Shown: positions 10,984 to 23,696 of the stretch, piece after piece
How positions within the stretch are numbered: the stretch's first letter is position 1
Layout of the letters: each line of letters opens with the position of its first letter
DNA from: Mustelus asterias
Taxonomy: Eukaryota
Assembly: GCF_964213995.1 (NCBI RefSeq)
Contig: NC_135809.1
Span: forward strand, 54,002,001 to 54,066,000
DNA length: 64,000 nt
Direction: 5' to 3'
The notes under the pieces: model-generated
Seen by the model: the letters and a program-made list of their open reading frames with translations, nothing else
Told to the model about the DNA's origin: nothing
Database searches by the model: none
Translations under genes and position numbers: made by a program

Positions 10984-11451
10984 ATACAAACATCCAAATA
11001 AACACACACAGTTATAGAGGAAGTCATCCCTAAATTTGCTAACTGCATCAAATCATTGGCTTAGGTAGATTAGATTGAGAAGCTATGTGATGAGTATAGT
11101 TCATTTAATAAATGTAAAATAGTGTTTTGGTACTAATAGTTTCAGTATTTAGGTTGTATTATCACTCTTGGGAGCATGAAATATCAGAATAGTAGTACAA
11201 ATGTGTATGTCTTTAAAAGCAAGATTTGAGGAGGAGAGCAACAAAAGGAGCTTTTATTTGTACATAGAGAGCATCTTAAACATGACCTGGATGCTATGGT
11301 ATTTGACTTGGAGGTGTTGTTCTCATGTGCTTGCCATAGATTCAAGAGGTTCTTAATATTTAAGTTTACTGTTTCAAACTAAGTAAGTCAGACCACTTCA
11401 AAAATATTTGATTAGCTGTAAAGCGTATTGGGACATCCTGAGAAGACAAAA

Positions 11452-11778
11452 GGCACAGTGGCACAGTGATTAATGAGTACACAGTAACACAGTACACAAG
11501 TTCAATTCTGGCATTGAGTGACTCTGTGTGGAGTTTGCACATTCTCCCCGTGTCTGTGTGGGTTTCCTCCCACAGTCCAAAGATATGCAGGCTTGGTAGA
11601 TTGGCCATGCTTTATTGCCCCTTTGTGTCCAAGATGTGTAGGTTAGATGGATTTGGTAAATATGTGGGGTTATGGGGATAGGGAGGGGTAGAGGACCTGG
11701 GTAAGATACTCTGTCAGAGAGTCGGTGCAGACTTGATGGGCCGAATGGCTTCCTTCTGCACTGTAGAGATTCTATGAT
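11452..11778 (+). mobile_element. HE1-type SINE
   Basis: Body and CR1-like tail match other copies; head rearranged. Confidence 0.85.
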
Positions 11779-12096
11779 TTGAGTTCTTTTTTGGAAATGC
11801 ATTTGATCTAGGCCTGAACTGAAAGGCAATTGCAAAGATGAAATCAAGATGAGAGATCAGTGTCACAATATAAGTTCACAATTCTAGAATTTTGCACGTG
11901 ATGAGTTATTGACATTTATTTGTGCTTACCGGGGGAAACTTGAATGGACAACGGGTGGGAGGGAGCTGGGGTGACCAGATTTCCAAAAGTGAAAAACAGG
12001 ACATAATGTAAAGCCTTGGCAGGTGGGGTTCTGATGATGCACGTATTGGATGATCAATGGCAGGAGTTTGGGGGAGGGGCAGTTGAAGGTGGAGGT

Positions 12097-14305
12097 AAAA
12101 TGATTGACGAGGGAAGGGCTGTGGATGTTGTCTACATGGACTTTAGTAAGGCTTTTGTCAAGGTCCCTCATGACAGGCTGGTGCAAAAGATTAAATCTCA
12201 CGGGATCAGGGATGAACTAGCTAGATAGATTCAGAACTGGCTTGGCCATAGACGACAGAGGGTAGCGGTGGAAGGGTGTTTTTCTGAATGGAGGTCTATA
12301 ACTAGTGGTGTTCCGCAGGGATCAGTGCTGGGACCTCTGCTGTTTGTAATATATATAAATGACTTGGAATAAAATGTAGCTGGTCTGATTAGCAAGTTTG
12401 CGGATGATACTAAGGTTGGCGGAGTTGCAGATAGTGATGAAGATTGTCAGAGAATACAGCAGGATATAGACTGGAAAATTGGGCGGAGAAATGGCAGATG
12501 GAATTTAATCTGAACAAATGCGAGGTGATGCATTTTGGTAGATCCAATTCATGTGGGAGCTATAAAATAAACGGCAGAATCATCAGGAGCATAGACACAC
12601 AGAGACACCTGGGAGTGCAGGTTCACAATTCCTTAACAGTGGCAGCACAGGTGGAAAAGATGGTGGAGAAAGCATATGACGTGCTTGCCTTCATCAAACG
12701 GGGTATTGAATATAAAAGTTGGCAAATTATGGGGGCGATTCTCCCCAAAGTGCTGAATTGGCAAGAAAACTGGTCTAGACCATGACTGTTTTTTCAGTGC
12801 AACTTCAGACCCGAATCTCCCCACTTTGTGCAATGCAGAGGTCACAATCGTGAATATCATTAAATGGGGGGGGGGCCTATTCACACTGGAGTCTGACAGT
12901 TCTGGAACTCTGCGCATACGCAGTGGCCCCGATCTGTCAGTCTCCCTGTTTGCTGGCTAGCTCAATCGCTGGCCAGCCCAGAACCACTGCAGTGTTGCCC
13001 CTCCAGCACCGCCCCCCCCCCCCCCCCCCCCACCCCACGGCCTGATCACTCCATCACGACAATTCCCAGGCAGCCTGCCCCCGACCCCCCCCCCCCCCCC
13101 CCCCCCCCCACCGCCCCCCATCCTGAAGCGCCCCGGTGTCCAGCCCCCCAGCCCGCCCCAATCACTGGCCTCCCTCCAGCCCAGCAATCACTGGCCTCCC
13201 TCCAGCCCAGACCGATCCCCATGCAGAGTGGCAGCAGGACCCCACCCCCACCAATTGCCCCCTAGGTCCCACCCACAATCGGCCCGCCCCCTTGGCACTG
13301 TCCCATGCCCTGTGGGCAGTGCCACGGTGCCCCCTGGGCATGGGCACTTTGTCTCTTGGGCAGTGCCGGGGGCACAGGTTGGCACTGCCAGGGTGCCCAT
13401 GCCCAGGGGGCACAAACCCTGCCATCAGACCCCGTGGGGGGCTCTGATTGCCCTTCCCTTCACTCCGGCGGGGTCTTCCATTAGTTCCCCGAACGTGGGG
13501 AGCTACTCTAAATCCTGCTGGAGTGGGAGATGCTATCGGCGAGAATGACATTTAAACTCCATTTAAAATAAGTTTAAAACAGATTAAAATCACTTACCTC
13601 TCTTCCCACCGGTTTCCAGCGTGGTCCCGACTACGCCTGTTCCATGGCTCTGAGAGACGCGCATGCGTCGGAAATGCAAAATGGCCGACACGTGATTCTC
13701 CCAACCTGATCCGCCAGAAAATTTGTGGGTCGCGATGGGAGAATCGCCCATGTTATAGTTGTATAAGACATTTGTTAGGCCACATTTGGAATACTGTGTC
13801 CAATTCTGGTCACTACACTACCAGAAGGACGTGGGGCTTTGGAGAGAGTGCAGAGAAGGTTTGCCAGGATGTTGCATGGTGTAGAGAGGGTATTAGCTAT
13901 GAGGAGAGATTGAATAAACTGGGATTGTTCTCCTTGGAAAGACGGAGGCTGAGGGGCGACCTGATAGAAATCTATAAAATTATGAGAGGTATAGATAGGG
14001 TGAACAGTTGGAAGCTTTTTCCCAGGGCAGAAATGACAGTTACAAGGAGGGGCACAAGTTCAAGATAAGGGGGGAATGGTTCAGTGGAGATGTGCGGGGG
14101 AAGTTTTTTTTACACGGAGGTGGGGGCCTGGAATGCACTGCCAATTGAGGTGGTTGAGACAGTTACATTAGCCACATTTAAGACTTATCTTGATGGGCAT
14201 ATGAACAAACGGGGAATAGAGGGATATAAGCGGTTGGTTTAGATAGGTAAACGTGATCGGCGCAGGCTTGGAGGGCCGAAGGACCTGTTCCTGTGCTTTG
14301 TTCTT
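12097..14305 (+). mobile_element. CR1 LINE (RT to 3' end), 5'-truncated, split by MITE 12732-13749
   Basis: [48 protein letters not shown] motifs with stops. Confidence 0.9.
12732..13749. mobile_element. PIF/Harbinger-type non-autonomous DNA element (GC-rich, about 1.0 kb)
   Basis: TIR ggggcgattctccc / gggagaatcgccc; 3-bp TSD ATG (12729-31, 13750-52); removing it restores the CR1 sequence. Confidence 0.85.
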
Positions 14306-14599
14306 GGTCATGTCACGATATCTCCCAGAATATTTCCAGTAAGAGTTAACAAACCGAAAAGCACTCCCTTATTGAAGATAGCAGTTGCAAACTACAGATT
14401 TTTGTTTCAATGACATTTCTGCCCTATTTTCTTTAAAAATCTGAACCATAGGTTAGTTTGTCACAAGAACTCCGAGTCCTTTATTGAGTTGTAACTTTAT
14501 TGTGCAATGCACATTGGTAACTCCAGTCTCCATTTAGTCTTTATTTTCATTTGAACACTGGATTCTAACAATAGATGTTTTCAGTATAAAGTTGAGGTT

Positions 14600-16768
14600 T
14601 ACATAGAAACATAGAAAAAAGCAGAAGTAGGCCATTGGCCCTTTGAGTCTGCTCCGCCATTCATTATGATCATTGGCTGATCATCCAACTCAATAGCCTG
14701 ATCCCGCTTTCTCCCCCATCTCCGTTGAATCTCTTTGCCCTAAGAGTTATATCTAACTCCTTGAAAACATCGAGGAGGCGATTCTCCCAAAATAATTCTA
14801 AGTGTCGAATTCGTGGGAAAACTGGTGTAATTCATGCTGTTTTTTTCAGTGGGAGTTCAGAGAAGAATCTCCCACACTCTGTGCAATGCAGAGGCCATCA
14901 GCGTGAACATCATTAGATTTAGGGGGTGGGGTGGGGTTATTCATGCTGGAGAAACTGAAACCAGTGGGCCTCTGCACATGCGCATTGGCCCCGAAGTGTC
15001 AGCCTCTGGTTTGCTGGCCAGCTCGATCGCTAGCCAGCCCAGGACCCCCACAGTGCTGCCCCCAAACCCCCATGGTGTGATCGCGTCTGTCCCCGTCCCC
15101 CCCCCCCCTCCATTCACGGGCCAGCCCCAAACTCTTTCTCTCCCCCCCGCAGACACTCCTCCACCCCAACCGCCCGCCTTGATCTCTGGCCTCCCTCCAG
15201 CCCTGATTGGATCCCAATGGCAGTGGGACCCCTTGGGCATTGGCACTTTGCCCCTTGGGCAGTGCCAGAGGGCACTGGCTGGCACTGACAGGGTGCCCAT
15301 GCCCAGGAGGCACCAACCCCCGCCACTCGACCCCCTGGGGGGGTCCTGATTGCCCCCCCCCCCCCCCCCCCCCCTCATTCCAGGATCGTCCCGCTAGTTC
15401 CCCGAAAGTGGGGAGCTATAGTAATCCCTGCTGGAGTGAAACGCTCTGTTGGGGTGGGAGAGGCTAGTGGGCCTGGAGAATTCAGTCCCGGGCCTGCTGA
15501 AAGCATTTAAATAGTATGTAAAATACTATTTAAATGCTAGCCCTATCTCCCAGCCTATTCTGGTACCGCGCAGACGCTGCGGGAAATCCAGGTCTGAGAG
15601 ACGCAAGCACGGCGTGAACGCTCGCGAGAATCCCACGAATCGGCCTACGCTGACTCTCCTGGTCTGCTGCGCTAAAAAAGTAGTGCACCAGGGTGGGAGA
15701 ATTGCCCCCAAAATGTTTTGGCCTCAACTGCTTTGAGTGATAGCAAATTCCATAGACTCATCACTCTCTGGATGAGGAAATTTCTCCTCTTTCTCAGCCC
15801 TAAAAGGTTTGCCCTGTATCCTTAGAATATGACTCCTGGTTCTGGACACCCCCTCCATCAGGAACATCCTTCCTGTATCTACCCTGCCTAGTCCTGTTAG
15901 AATTTTATAGGTTTCTATGAGATCCTCGCTCATTCTTCTGAACTCCTGTGAATATAATCCTAACTGACTCAATCTCTCCTCATACATCAGTCCTGCCAGA
16001 ATCAGTATGGTAAACCTTCTCTGCACACCCTCTGTAACAAGAACAACCTTCCTCAGATAAGGAGATGAAAACGGCACACAATACTCCAGGTGTGGCCTCT
16101 CCAAGGCCCTGTATAATTGTAGCAAGACATCCCTGCTCCTGTATTCAAATTCTCTCGCTATGAAGGCCAACATACAATTTGTTTTCTTTACTACCTGCTG
16201 CATCTGCATGTTTACCTTCAGTGAGTGGTATGCGAGGATGCCCAGGTATCATTGCACATTCTCCTCTCTTAATTTATAGCCATTCGGATAATAATCTGCC
16301 TTCCTCTTTTTGCTACCAAAGTGGATAACCTCTCAATTATCCAAAATATACTGCATCTGCCATGCATTTGCCCACTAACTCAGTTTGCCTAAATCACATT
16401 GAAGCATCTCTGCATTCTCCTCGCAGCTCACCCTCCCACCCAGCTTTGTGGAGATGATGCATTTAGTTCCCACATCTAAATCGTTTATATATCTATATAT
16501 ACTGTGAATAGCTAAGGTCCTAGCACTGACCCCTGGAGTACCCCACTATTCACTGCCGGCCATTCGGAAAAGACCCATTTATTTGTATTCTTTATTTCCT
16601 GTCTGTTAACTAGTTTTCTATCCATCCCAATACATTACCCCCAATCCCATGAGCTTTAATTTTACACGCTAATCTCTTATGTGAGACTTTGTCAAAAACT
16701 ATCTACTGGCTCCCCTTCATCAACTCTTCCAGTTAGATCCTTGAAGAATTCCAGTAGATTTGTCAAGC
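14600..16768 (-). mobile_element. CR1 LINE (RT to 3' end) split by MITE 14774-15708
   Basis: ORF 15724-16209 (LYRALERPHLEYCVPF...); (catagaaa)n tail at about 14602. Confidence 0.9.
14774..15708. mobile_element. PIF/Harbinger-type non-autonomous element, same family as 12732-13749
   Basis: TIR gaggcgattctccca / tgggagaattgcccc; collinear internal sequence. Confidence 0.8.
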
Positions 16769-17220
16769 ATGGTAGTGGATCCCAAGAAAAGGAATTTGTA
16801 GAATGTCTAAGAGATGTTTTTTTGGAGCAGCTTGTGACAGAGCCTACTAGGGAACAGGCAATTCTGGATTTGGTGATGTGTAATGAGGAAGACTTGACCA
16901 GGGAACTTAAGGTGATGGAACGCTTAGGGAGCAGCGACCACAATATGATAGAATTTACCCTGCAGTTTGAGAGGGAGAAGCTGGAATCAGATGTAACTGT
17001 ATTACAATTAAGTAAAGGTAACTACAAAGACATGAGGGAGGAACTGGCCAGAGTGGATTGGAAAGGGAGCCTAGCAGGGAAGACAGTGGAACAGCAATGG
17101 CAGGAGTTTTTGGGGATTATTCGGGAGGCACAACAGAAATTCATCCCAAGGAGGAGGAAACATGCTAAGGGGAGGACGAGGCATCCATGGCTGATGAGGG
17201 AAGTCAAGGACAGCATAAAC

Positions 17221-17935
17221 ATAAGAACGTAAGAAATAGGAGCAGGAGTAGGCCATCTAGCCCCTCGAGCCTGCCCCGCCATTCAATAAGATCATGGCTG
17301 ATCTGAAGTGGATCAGTTCCACTTACCAGCCTGATCCCCATAACCCCTAATTCCCTTACCGATCAGGAATCAATCTATCCGTGATTTAAACATATTCAAC
17401 GAGGTAGCCTCCACCACTTCAGTGGGCAGAGAATTCCAGAGATTCACCACCCTCTGAGAGAATAAGTTCCTCCTCAACTCTGTCCTAAACTGACCCCCCT
17501 TTATTTTGAGGCTGTGCCCTCTAGTTCTAGCTTCCTTTCTAAGTGGAAAGAATCTCTCCACCTCTACGCTATCCAGCCCCTTCATTATCTTATAGGTCTC
17601 TATAAGATTCCCCCTTAGCCTTCTAAATTCCAACAAGTACAAACCCAATCTGCTCAGTCTCTCCTCATAATCAACACCCCTCATCTCTGGTATCAACCTG
17701 GTGAACCTTCTCTGCACTCCCTCCAAGGCCAATATATCCTTCCGCAAATAAGGGGACCAATACTGCACACAGTATTCCAGCTGCAGCCTCACCAATGCCC
17801 TGTACAGATGCAGCAAGTCATCTCTGCTTTTATATTCTATCCCCCTTGCGATATAGGCCAACATCCCATTTGCCGCCTTGATCACCTGTTGCACCTGCAG
17901 CCTGGGTTTTTGCGTCTCATGCACAAGGACCCCCA
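17221..17935 (-). mobile_element. Younger CR1 LINE 3' fragment nested in CR1
   Basis: Uninterrupted ORF2 C-terminus in ORF 17370-17966; ataagaac-type tail at 17221. Confidence 0.9.
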
Positions 17936-19167
17936 GCAAAAGAAAAGCAAAAGAAAAAGCATACAAAGTGGCAAGGATTAGTGGGAAGCCAGAGGATTGG
18001 GAATTCTTTAAAAGTGAGCAGAGGACAACTAAAAAAACAATAAGGGGGGAGAAAATGAAATATGAGTGTAAGCTAGCTAGTAATACAAAAGAAGATAGGA
18101 AGAGTTTTTTTCAATATATAAATAGTAAGAGAGAGGCAAAAACAAACATTGGACCGCTGGAGAAGTAATAAGAAGCAAAGAAAAGGCAGAGGAACTGAAT
18201 AGTTACTTTGCATCAGTCTTCACGGGGTGGAAGACACCAGTGGGATGCCAGAGCTCCAGGAGAATTGGGGGCACAGGTGAGTGTAGTGGCCATCACTAAG
18301 GAGAAGGCTCTGGGGAAACTGAAAGGTCTGAAGGTGGATAAATCACCTGGACTGGATGGACTATGCCCCAGGGTTCTAAAAGAGATAGCTGAGGAAATTG
18401 TGGAGCATTGATGGTGATCTTTCAAGAATCACTGGAGGCAGGGAGGGTTCCAGAGGACTGGAAAGTGGCTAATGTAACCGCTGTTTATGAAGGGAGGGAG
18501 GCAGCAGACAGGAAATTATAGGCTGGTTAGCCTGACTTCAGTCATTGGCAAGATTTTAGAGCCCATTATTAAAGGTGAGATCGTGGAGTACTTGGAAGTG
18601 CATGATAAAAGAGAACTGAGTCAGCACGGCTTTGTCAAGGGGAGGTCATGTCTGACAAATCTGTTAGAGTTCTTTGAGGAGGTAACAAAGAAGTTAGATA
18701 AAGGAGAACCAGTGGACGTGATTTATTTAGATTTTCAGAAGGCCTTTGACAAGGTGCCGCATAGGAGACTGTTAAATAAGTGAAGAGCCCATGGTGTTAA
18801 GGGAAAGATCCTGGCATGGCTAGAGGATTGACTGACTGGCAGAAGGCAGAGAGTGGGGATAAAGGGATCTTTTTCAGGATGGCAGCTGGTGACTCGTGGT
18901 GTGCCTCAGGGGTCAGTGCTGGGACCACAACTTTTCACAATATACATTAACGATTTGAAAGAAGGAACTGAAGGCACTGTTGCTAAGTTTGCAGATGATA
19001 CAAAGATATGTAGAGGGGCAGGTAGTATTGAGGAAGCAGGGGGCTGCAGAAGGACTTGGACAGGTTAGGAGAGTGGGCAAAGAAGTAGCAGATGGAATAC
19101 AATGTGCACTTTGGAAGGAGGAATGGAGGCAGGGACTATTTTCTAAATGGGAAAAAGTTTAGGAAAT

Positions 19168-19475
19168 CATAGAAACCCTACAGTGCAGAAGGAGGCCATT
19201 CGGCCCATCGAGTCTGCACCGACCACAATCCCACCCAGGCCCTACCCATCCCTACGAATCCCAGGACTCTAAGGGGCAATTTTTTAAACCTGGCCAATCA
19301 ACCTAACCCGCACATCTTTGGACTGTGGGAGGAAACCGGAGCACCCGGAGGAAACCCACGCAGACACGAGGAGAATGTGCAAACTCCACACAGACAGTGA
19401 CCCGAACCGGGAATCGAACCCGGGACCCTGGAGCTGTGAAGCAGCAGTGCTAACCTCTGTGCTACCGTGCCGCCC
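19168..19475 (-). mobile_element. HE1-type SINE, full length, young (CpG-rich)
   Basis: Nearly identical to 50384-50717. Confidence 0.92.
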
Positions 19476-20195
19476 ACGGCAGAAATACAAAGAGACTTGG
19501 GAATCCTTGTTCAAGATTCTCTTAAGGTTAACGTGCAGGTTCAGCCGGCAGTTAGGAAGGCAAATGCAATGTTAGCATTCATGTCGAGAGGGCTAGAATA
19601 CAAGAGCAGGGATGTACTTCTGAGGCTGTATAAGGCTTTGGTCAGACCCCATTTGTAGTAATGTGAGCAGTTGTGGGCCCCATATCAAAGGAAGGATGTG
19701 CTGGTCTTGGAAAGGGTCCTGAGAAGGTTCACAAGAATGATCCCTGGAATGAAGAGCTTGTGTATGAGGAACGGTTGAGGAGTCTGGGTCTGTACTCGTT
19801 GGAGTTTAGAAGGATGAGGGGGATCTTATTGAAACTTACAGAATACTGCGAGGCCTGGATAGAGTAGACGTGGGGAGGATGTTTCCACTAGTCGGAAAAA
19901 CTAGGACCAAGAGCACAACCTCAGGCTAAAGGGACGATCCTTTAAAACAGAGATGAGGAGGAATTTCTTCAGCCAGAGAATATTGAATCTGTGGGACTCT
20001 TTGTCACAGAACGCTGTGGAGGCCAGGTCATTGAGTGTCTTTAGGACAGAGATAGGTTCTTGATGAATAAGGGAATCACAGGTTGTGGGGAAAAGGCAGG
20101 AGAATGGGGATGGGAGAAATATCAGTCATGATTGAATGGAAGAGCAGATTCGATGGGCCGAGTGCTCTAATTCTGCTCCCACATTTTGTGGTCTA

Positions 20196-22170
20196 AACAT
20201 GATTTCCTTTTTATTAATCCATGCTGACTCTGTCCGATTCTATGATTCTTTTCCAAGTGCCCTACTGTAAATCTTTGATAATGGGCTCCAGAATTTTCCC
20301 CAGTACCTGATATCTGGCTGCCTGGCCTACAATTGCCTGTTTTCTCTCTACCTCCCTTCTTAAAGAGTGGGATTACATTAGCTACCCTCCACTCTGTCAG
20401 AACTGTTACAGAGTCTATAGAATCTTGGAAGATGACCACCAATCCATTATTTCTGGCACCACTTTCTTAAGTCTATGCCTCCATTCCTCCTTCCAAAGTG
20501 CATAACCTCACACTTTTCCACATTGTGTTCCATCTGCCACTTCTTTGCCCACTCTCCTTACCTGTCCAAGTCCTTCTGCAGCCCCCCTGCTTCCTCAATA
20601 CTACCTGTCCCTCTACATATCTTTATATCATGTGCAAATTTAGCAAGTGTAGATTATCAGGCACTGGGGATTTATTAACCTTCAATCCCATTAATTTCCC
20701 CAACACCATTTCTCTACTAATACTGATTTCCTTCATTTTCTCCCTCTCCCTGAACCTTGTGTTCCTCAACGTTTTTGGTATGTCATTTGTATCCTCTGTG
20801 AAGACAGAATCAAAGTATGTATTTATTTGGTCAGCCATTTCTTTATTCCCCATTATAAATTCCCCTTTTTCTGACTGTTGGGGACCTACATTTGTCTTCA
20901 CCAATCTTTTTCTCATCACATATGTATTGAAACTTTTAAAGTTAGTTTTTATGTTCCCTGCAAGCTTACTCATGTATTCTATTTTACCCTTCTTAATCAA
21001 TCTCTTGGTCCCCCTTTGTTGAATTATAAACTGCTCCCAATCCTCAGGTCTGTCGTTTTTTTCTGGACAATTTATATGCCTCTTCTTTGGATCGAATACT
21101 ATCTCTAATTTCCCTTGTAAGGCATGGTTTGACCATCTTTCCCATTTTAATTTTGCGCCAGACAGGAGTAAACAATTGTTACAGTTCACCCATGTGCTCT
21201 TTGAATGTTTGTCATTGCCTATCCACTGCTATCCTTTTAAGTAATGTTTCCTAATCCATCTTGGCCAACACGCATCTCATACCATTGTAGTTTCCTTTAT
21301 TAAAGTTCAGGACCCTGGTCTCAGAATCAAGTACGTCACTCTTCATCTTGATGAAGAACTGTGTCATATTATGGTCACGCGTCCCCAAGGGGTCTTGCAA
21401 AATAGGTTGCCCATTATTCCTTTCTCATTGCACAATACCCAGTCTAGGATGGCCTGTTCTCTAATTGGTTCCTCAACATATTGGTCCAGAAAACCATCCT
21501 ATACACACTCCAGGAATTCTTCCTATATGGTATTGTGACTAACTTGATTTGCCCAATCTATATGCAGATTAGAGTCACCTATAATTACAGATGTTCCTGT
21601 ATCACATGCATCTCTAATTTCCTGTTTAATGCCATTCCCAACATCACCATTACAGTTTGGGGGTCTATATGCAACTCCCACTAATGTTTTTTTTGCCCTT
21701 CAATTTTTCTAAGCTCGCCCCATACGGATTCCACAACATCAGAGCTAATATCTTTCCTCATTATTGCGTTAATTTCCTTTTTAAACAGAAATGCAACTCC
21801 ACCACCTTTTCCATTTTGTCTATCCTTCCTAAATACTGAATACCCCTGAATGTTAATTTCCCATCCATGGTCAGTAATCCCAGGCCTCCATAATCCCTAC
21901 TATATCATAGCTATTAACATCTATTTGCGCAATTAATTTATCCACTTCATTGTGAATGCTCCACATATTAAGGGACAAAGTCTTTCGACTCATCTTTTTA
22001 ACAATACTTGTCCCGTTCTCTCTATTTTTCACTGTGGCCCGGTTTGATTCTGGCCCTTGATTTCTCCGCCTATTACTTTTCTTATTCCCCTTCCTGTCTT
22101 TTGTTCTTGTCCTTGTTTCCCCTTCATCTCACTCCTTGCATAAGTTCCCATCCCCCTGCCACTCTTTTAA
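20196..22170 (-). mobile_element. CR1 LINE (EN/RT 5' part), with a patch of another CR1 segment at about 20475-20648
   Basis: EWRVANVIPLFKKGGREKTGNCRP; KIEYMSKLAGNIKTNFKSF; endonuclease region about 21300-21900. Confidence 0.8.
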
Positions 22171-23000
22171 ACCCTCCCCAATCACTCTGGCAAATACAAT
22201 TAGTATAGAAGGTTTTATTTGCACCCAGAGCCATAGGCATAAAAGCACATACTCCTCTAGTTAGGAGCTTGGTTGAATGTGCCATGGCTCAACCAACCTC
22301 ACCTGCCACCTTCCTCAGTTCTGAATGGTTGTTTATTGATGGCTATTGACTACCTCTATATGTGCCTGCTTGTGATTAGCAGACATCACTGTCTATCTTC
22401 TGATATCACCCAGGTGGTGATTCCCTGTCCGTTACCAGGTGGTCATGGAGTAAGTATATAGAGATCCTGGGGGTAAATTACCCCCATGACCTTCCATTAT
22501 TCAATGCCTCCATTGCTGTCGCCCTGCTCTCCCTTACTTTTCCTCTCTGACCTCCAGCTCTCCTCCACTGGCGTTCTCCATGGAATTCCTGATTGGCCAA
22601 TCAAAGCATTCTGACTGAATGGCCAATCAGGACACTGAAAGGCAAACAATCAGGGCAGTGAAAAACTGTCCCATTGAAACCAATCCATTTTGGAGAAGAG
22701 GGTCACCTCCCCCTCCCCCACCCCGCCCCCAGCACCAGCCCTGGATGCTGGTGAAAAGGATTTCTGTGCACGTGGGAGTGTTCTGATGCACCCACTTAAT
22801 GATCAGTGAGTGGGAGGAATTCCGATTCACAGAAGTGTTTTTTGGGTTTGCTAACAGTAAATGTGCTATTTAAAGGGATGGGGAGAGGAAGTGAAGAGGA
22901 CTGTGGGAAAAGGTAAATCTTTCTTAAGGTTCATGTGAAGAGGGAAAAGCTGAAAACCGGCACGTTTGAGCTATTTACAGCAAATTGTCAGGACAGAAAA

Positions 23001-23307
23001 TCATAGAATCGCTACAGTGCAGAAGGACACCATTTGGCCCATTGAGTCTGCTCCGACAACAATCCCACCAGGCCCTATCCCTGTAACCCAACGTATTTAT
23101 CCTGCTATTCCCCCTGACACTAAGGGGCAATTTTGCATGGCCAATCAACCTAACCTGCACATCTCTGGAGTGTGGGAGGAAAACAGAGCATCCGGAGGAA
23201 ATCCACGCAGACAAGGCGAGAACGTGCAAACTCCATACAGACTGGCCGGAATTGAACCTGGGTCCCTGGCGCTGTGAGGCAGCAGTGCTAACCACTGTGC
23301 CACCGTG
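23001..23307 (-). mobile_element. HE1-type SINE
   Basis: Head, body and tail match other copies. Confidence 0.9.
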
Positions 23308-23501
23308 TCATCGTCTAGAAATTTAATGAAAACCTGGGACTGTGCTTTCAAAGGCTGGTTACCATAAATGGGGGGAGGGATTGCTGAGGTGCTTGTTAGG
23401 AGGAGAAACATTGGGTTCTTCCCTGTAATTTTTATTCTCTTCTCCCAGAGGTAACGTCTCTTCTATTACCTGACCTAAGTGGCTGTTGTTAAAATGCAAA
23501 C

Positions 23502-23696
23502 CTAGATGATGTGTTGTTTGCTCCATTCTGTCTGCTGAGCCGGGTGACTGGATAGCGGTTGGGAGCAGGAACCATAATTTCCTCTTCTGGCTGTTTAGCT
23601 GGATCAGATGAACCTGGCTTTTCTGGCTGAGCCTCAAAGCTTTGTTTGACCTTTATCCGTTGGCCGCTGCAGCAATCGTCTGTTTGTGAAGGTGAC
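23502..23696 (-). CDS. Candidate 195-nt host exon (SPSQTDDCCSGQRIKVKQSFEAQPEKPGSSDPAKQPEEEIMVPAPNRYPVTRLSRQNGANNTSS)
   Basis: Open frame in unique DNA; tandem acceptors aag/tag/cag, all phase 2; donor TAG|gtttgc (weak). Confidence 0.3.

Larger units (their letters stand above)
16769..20195 (+). mobile_element. CR1 LINE ORF2 (endonuclease C-terminal part, RT, 3' end), containing nested CR1 (17221-17935) and HE1 SINE (19168-19475)
   Basis: ILDLVMCNEE..LGSSDHNMIEF; NYRLVSLTSVIGKILE; DFQKAFDKVPH; [13 protein letters not shown]; KFADDTK. Confidence 0.92.

Noticed and set aside
12957-15467. Gly/Pro-rich ORFs on both strands
   Set aside because: They arise from GC-rich MITE sequence and poly-C tracts and show no coding signal.
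19284-19575. Recurrent ORFs such as GSTVVSTAASQ.. / LALLPHS.. and tRNA-like A/B boxes
   Set aside because: These are translations of HE1 SINEs; the heads are tRNA-derived but are not complete tRNA genes.
22590-22632. Inverted CCAAT boxes (tcctgattggcca...tggccaatcagga) as a promoter
   Set aside because: They lie inside a probable MITE-like repeat and there is no independent evidence of a TSS.
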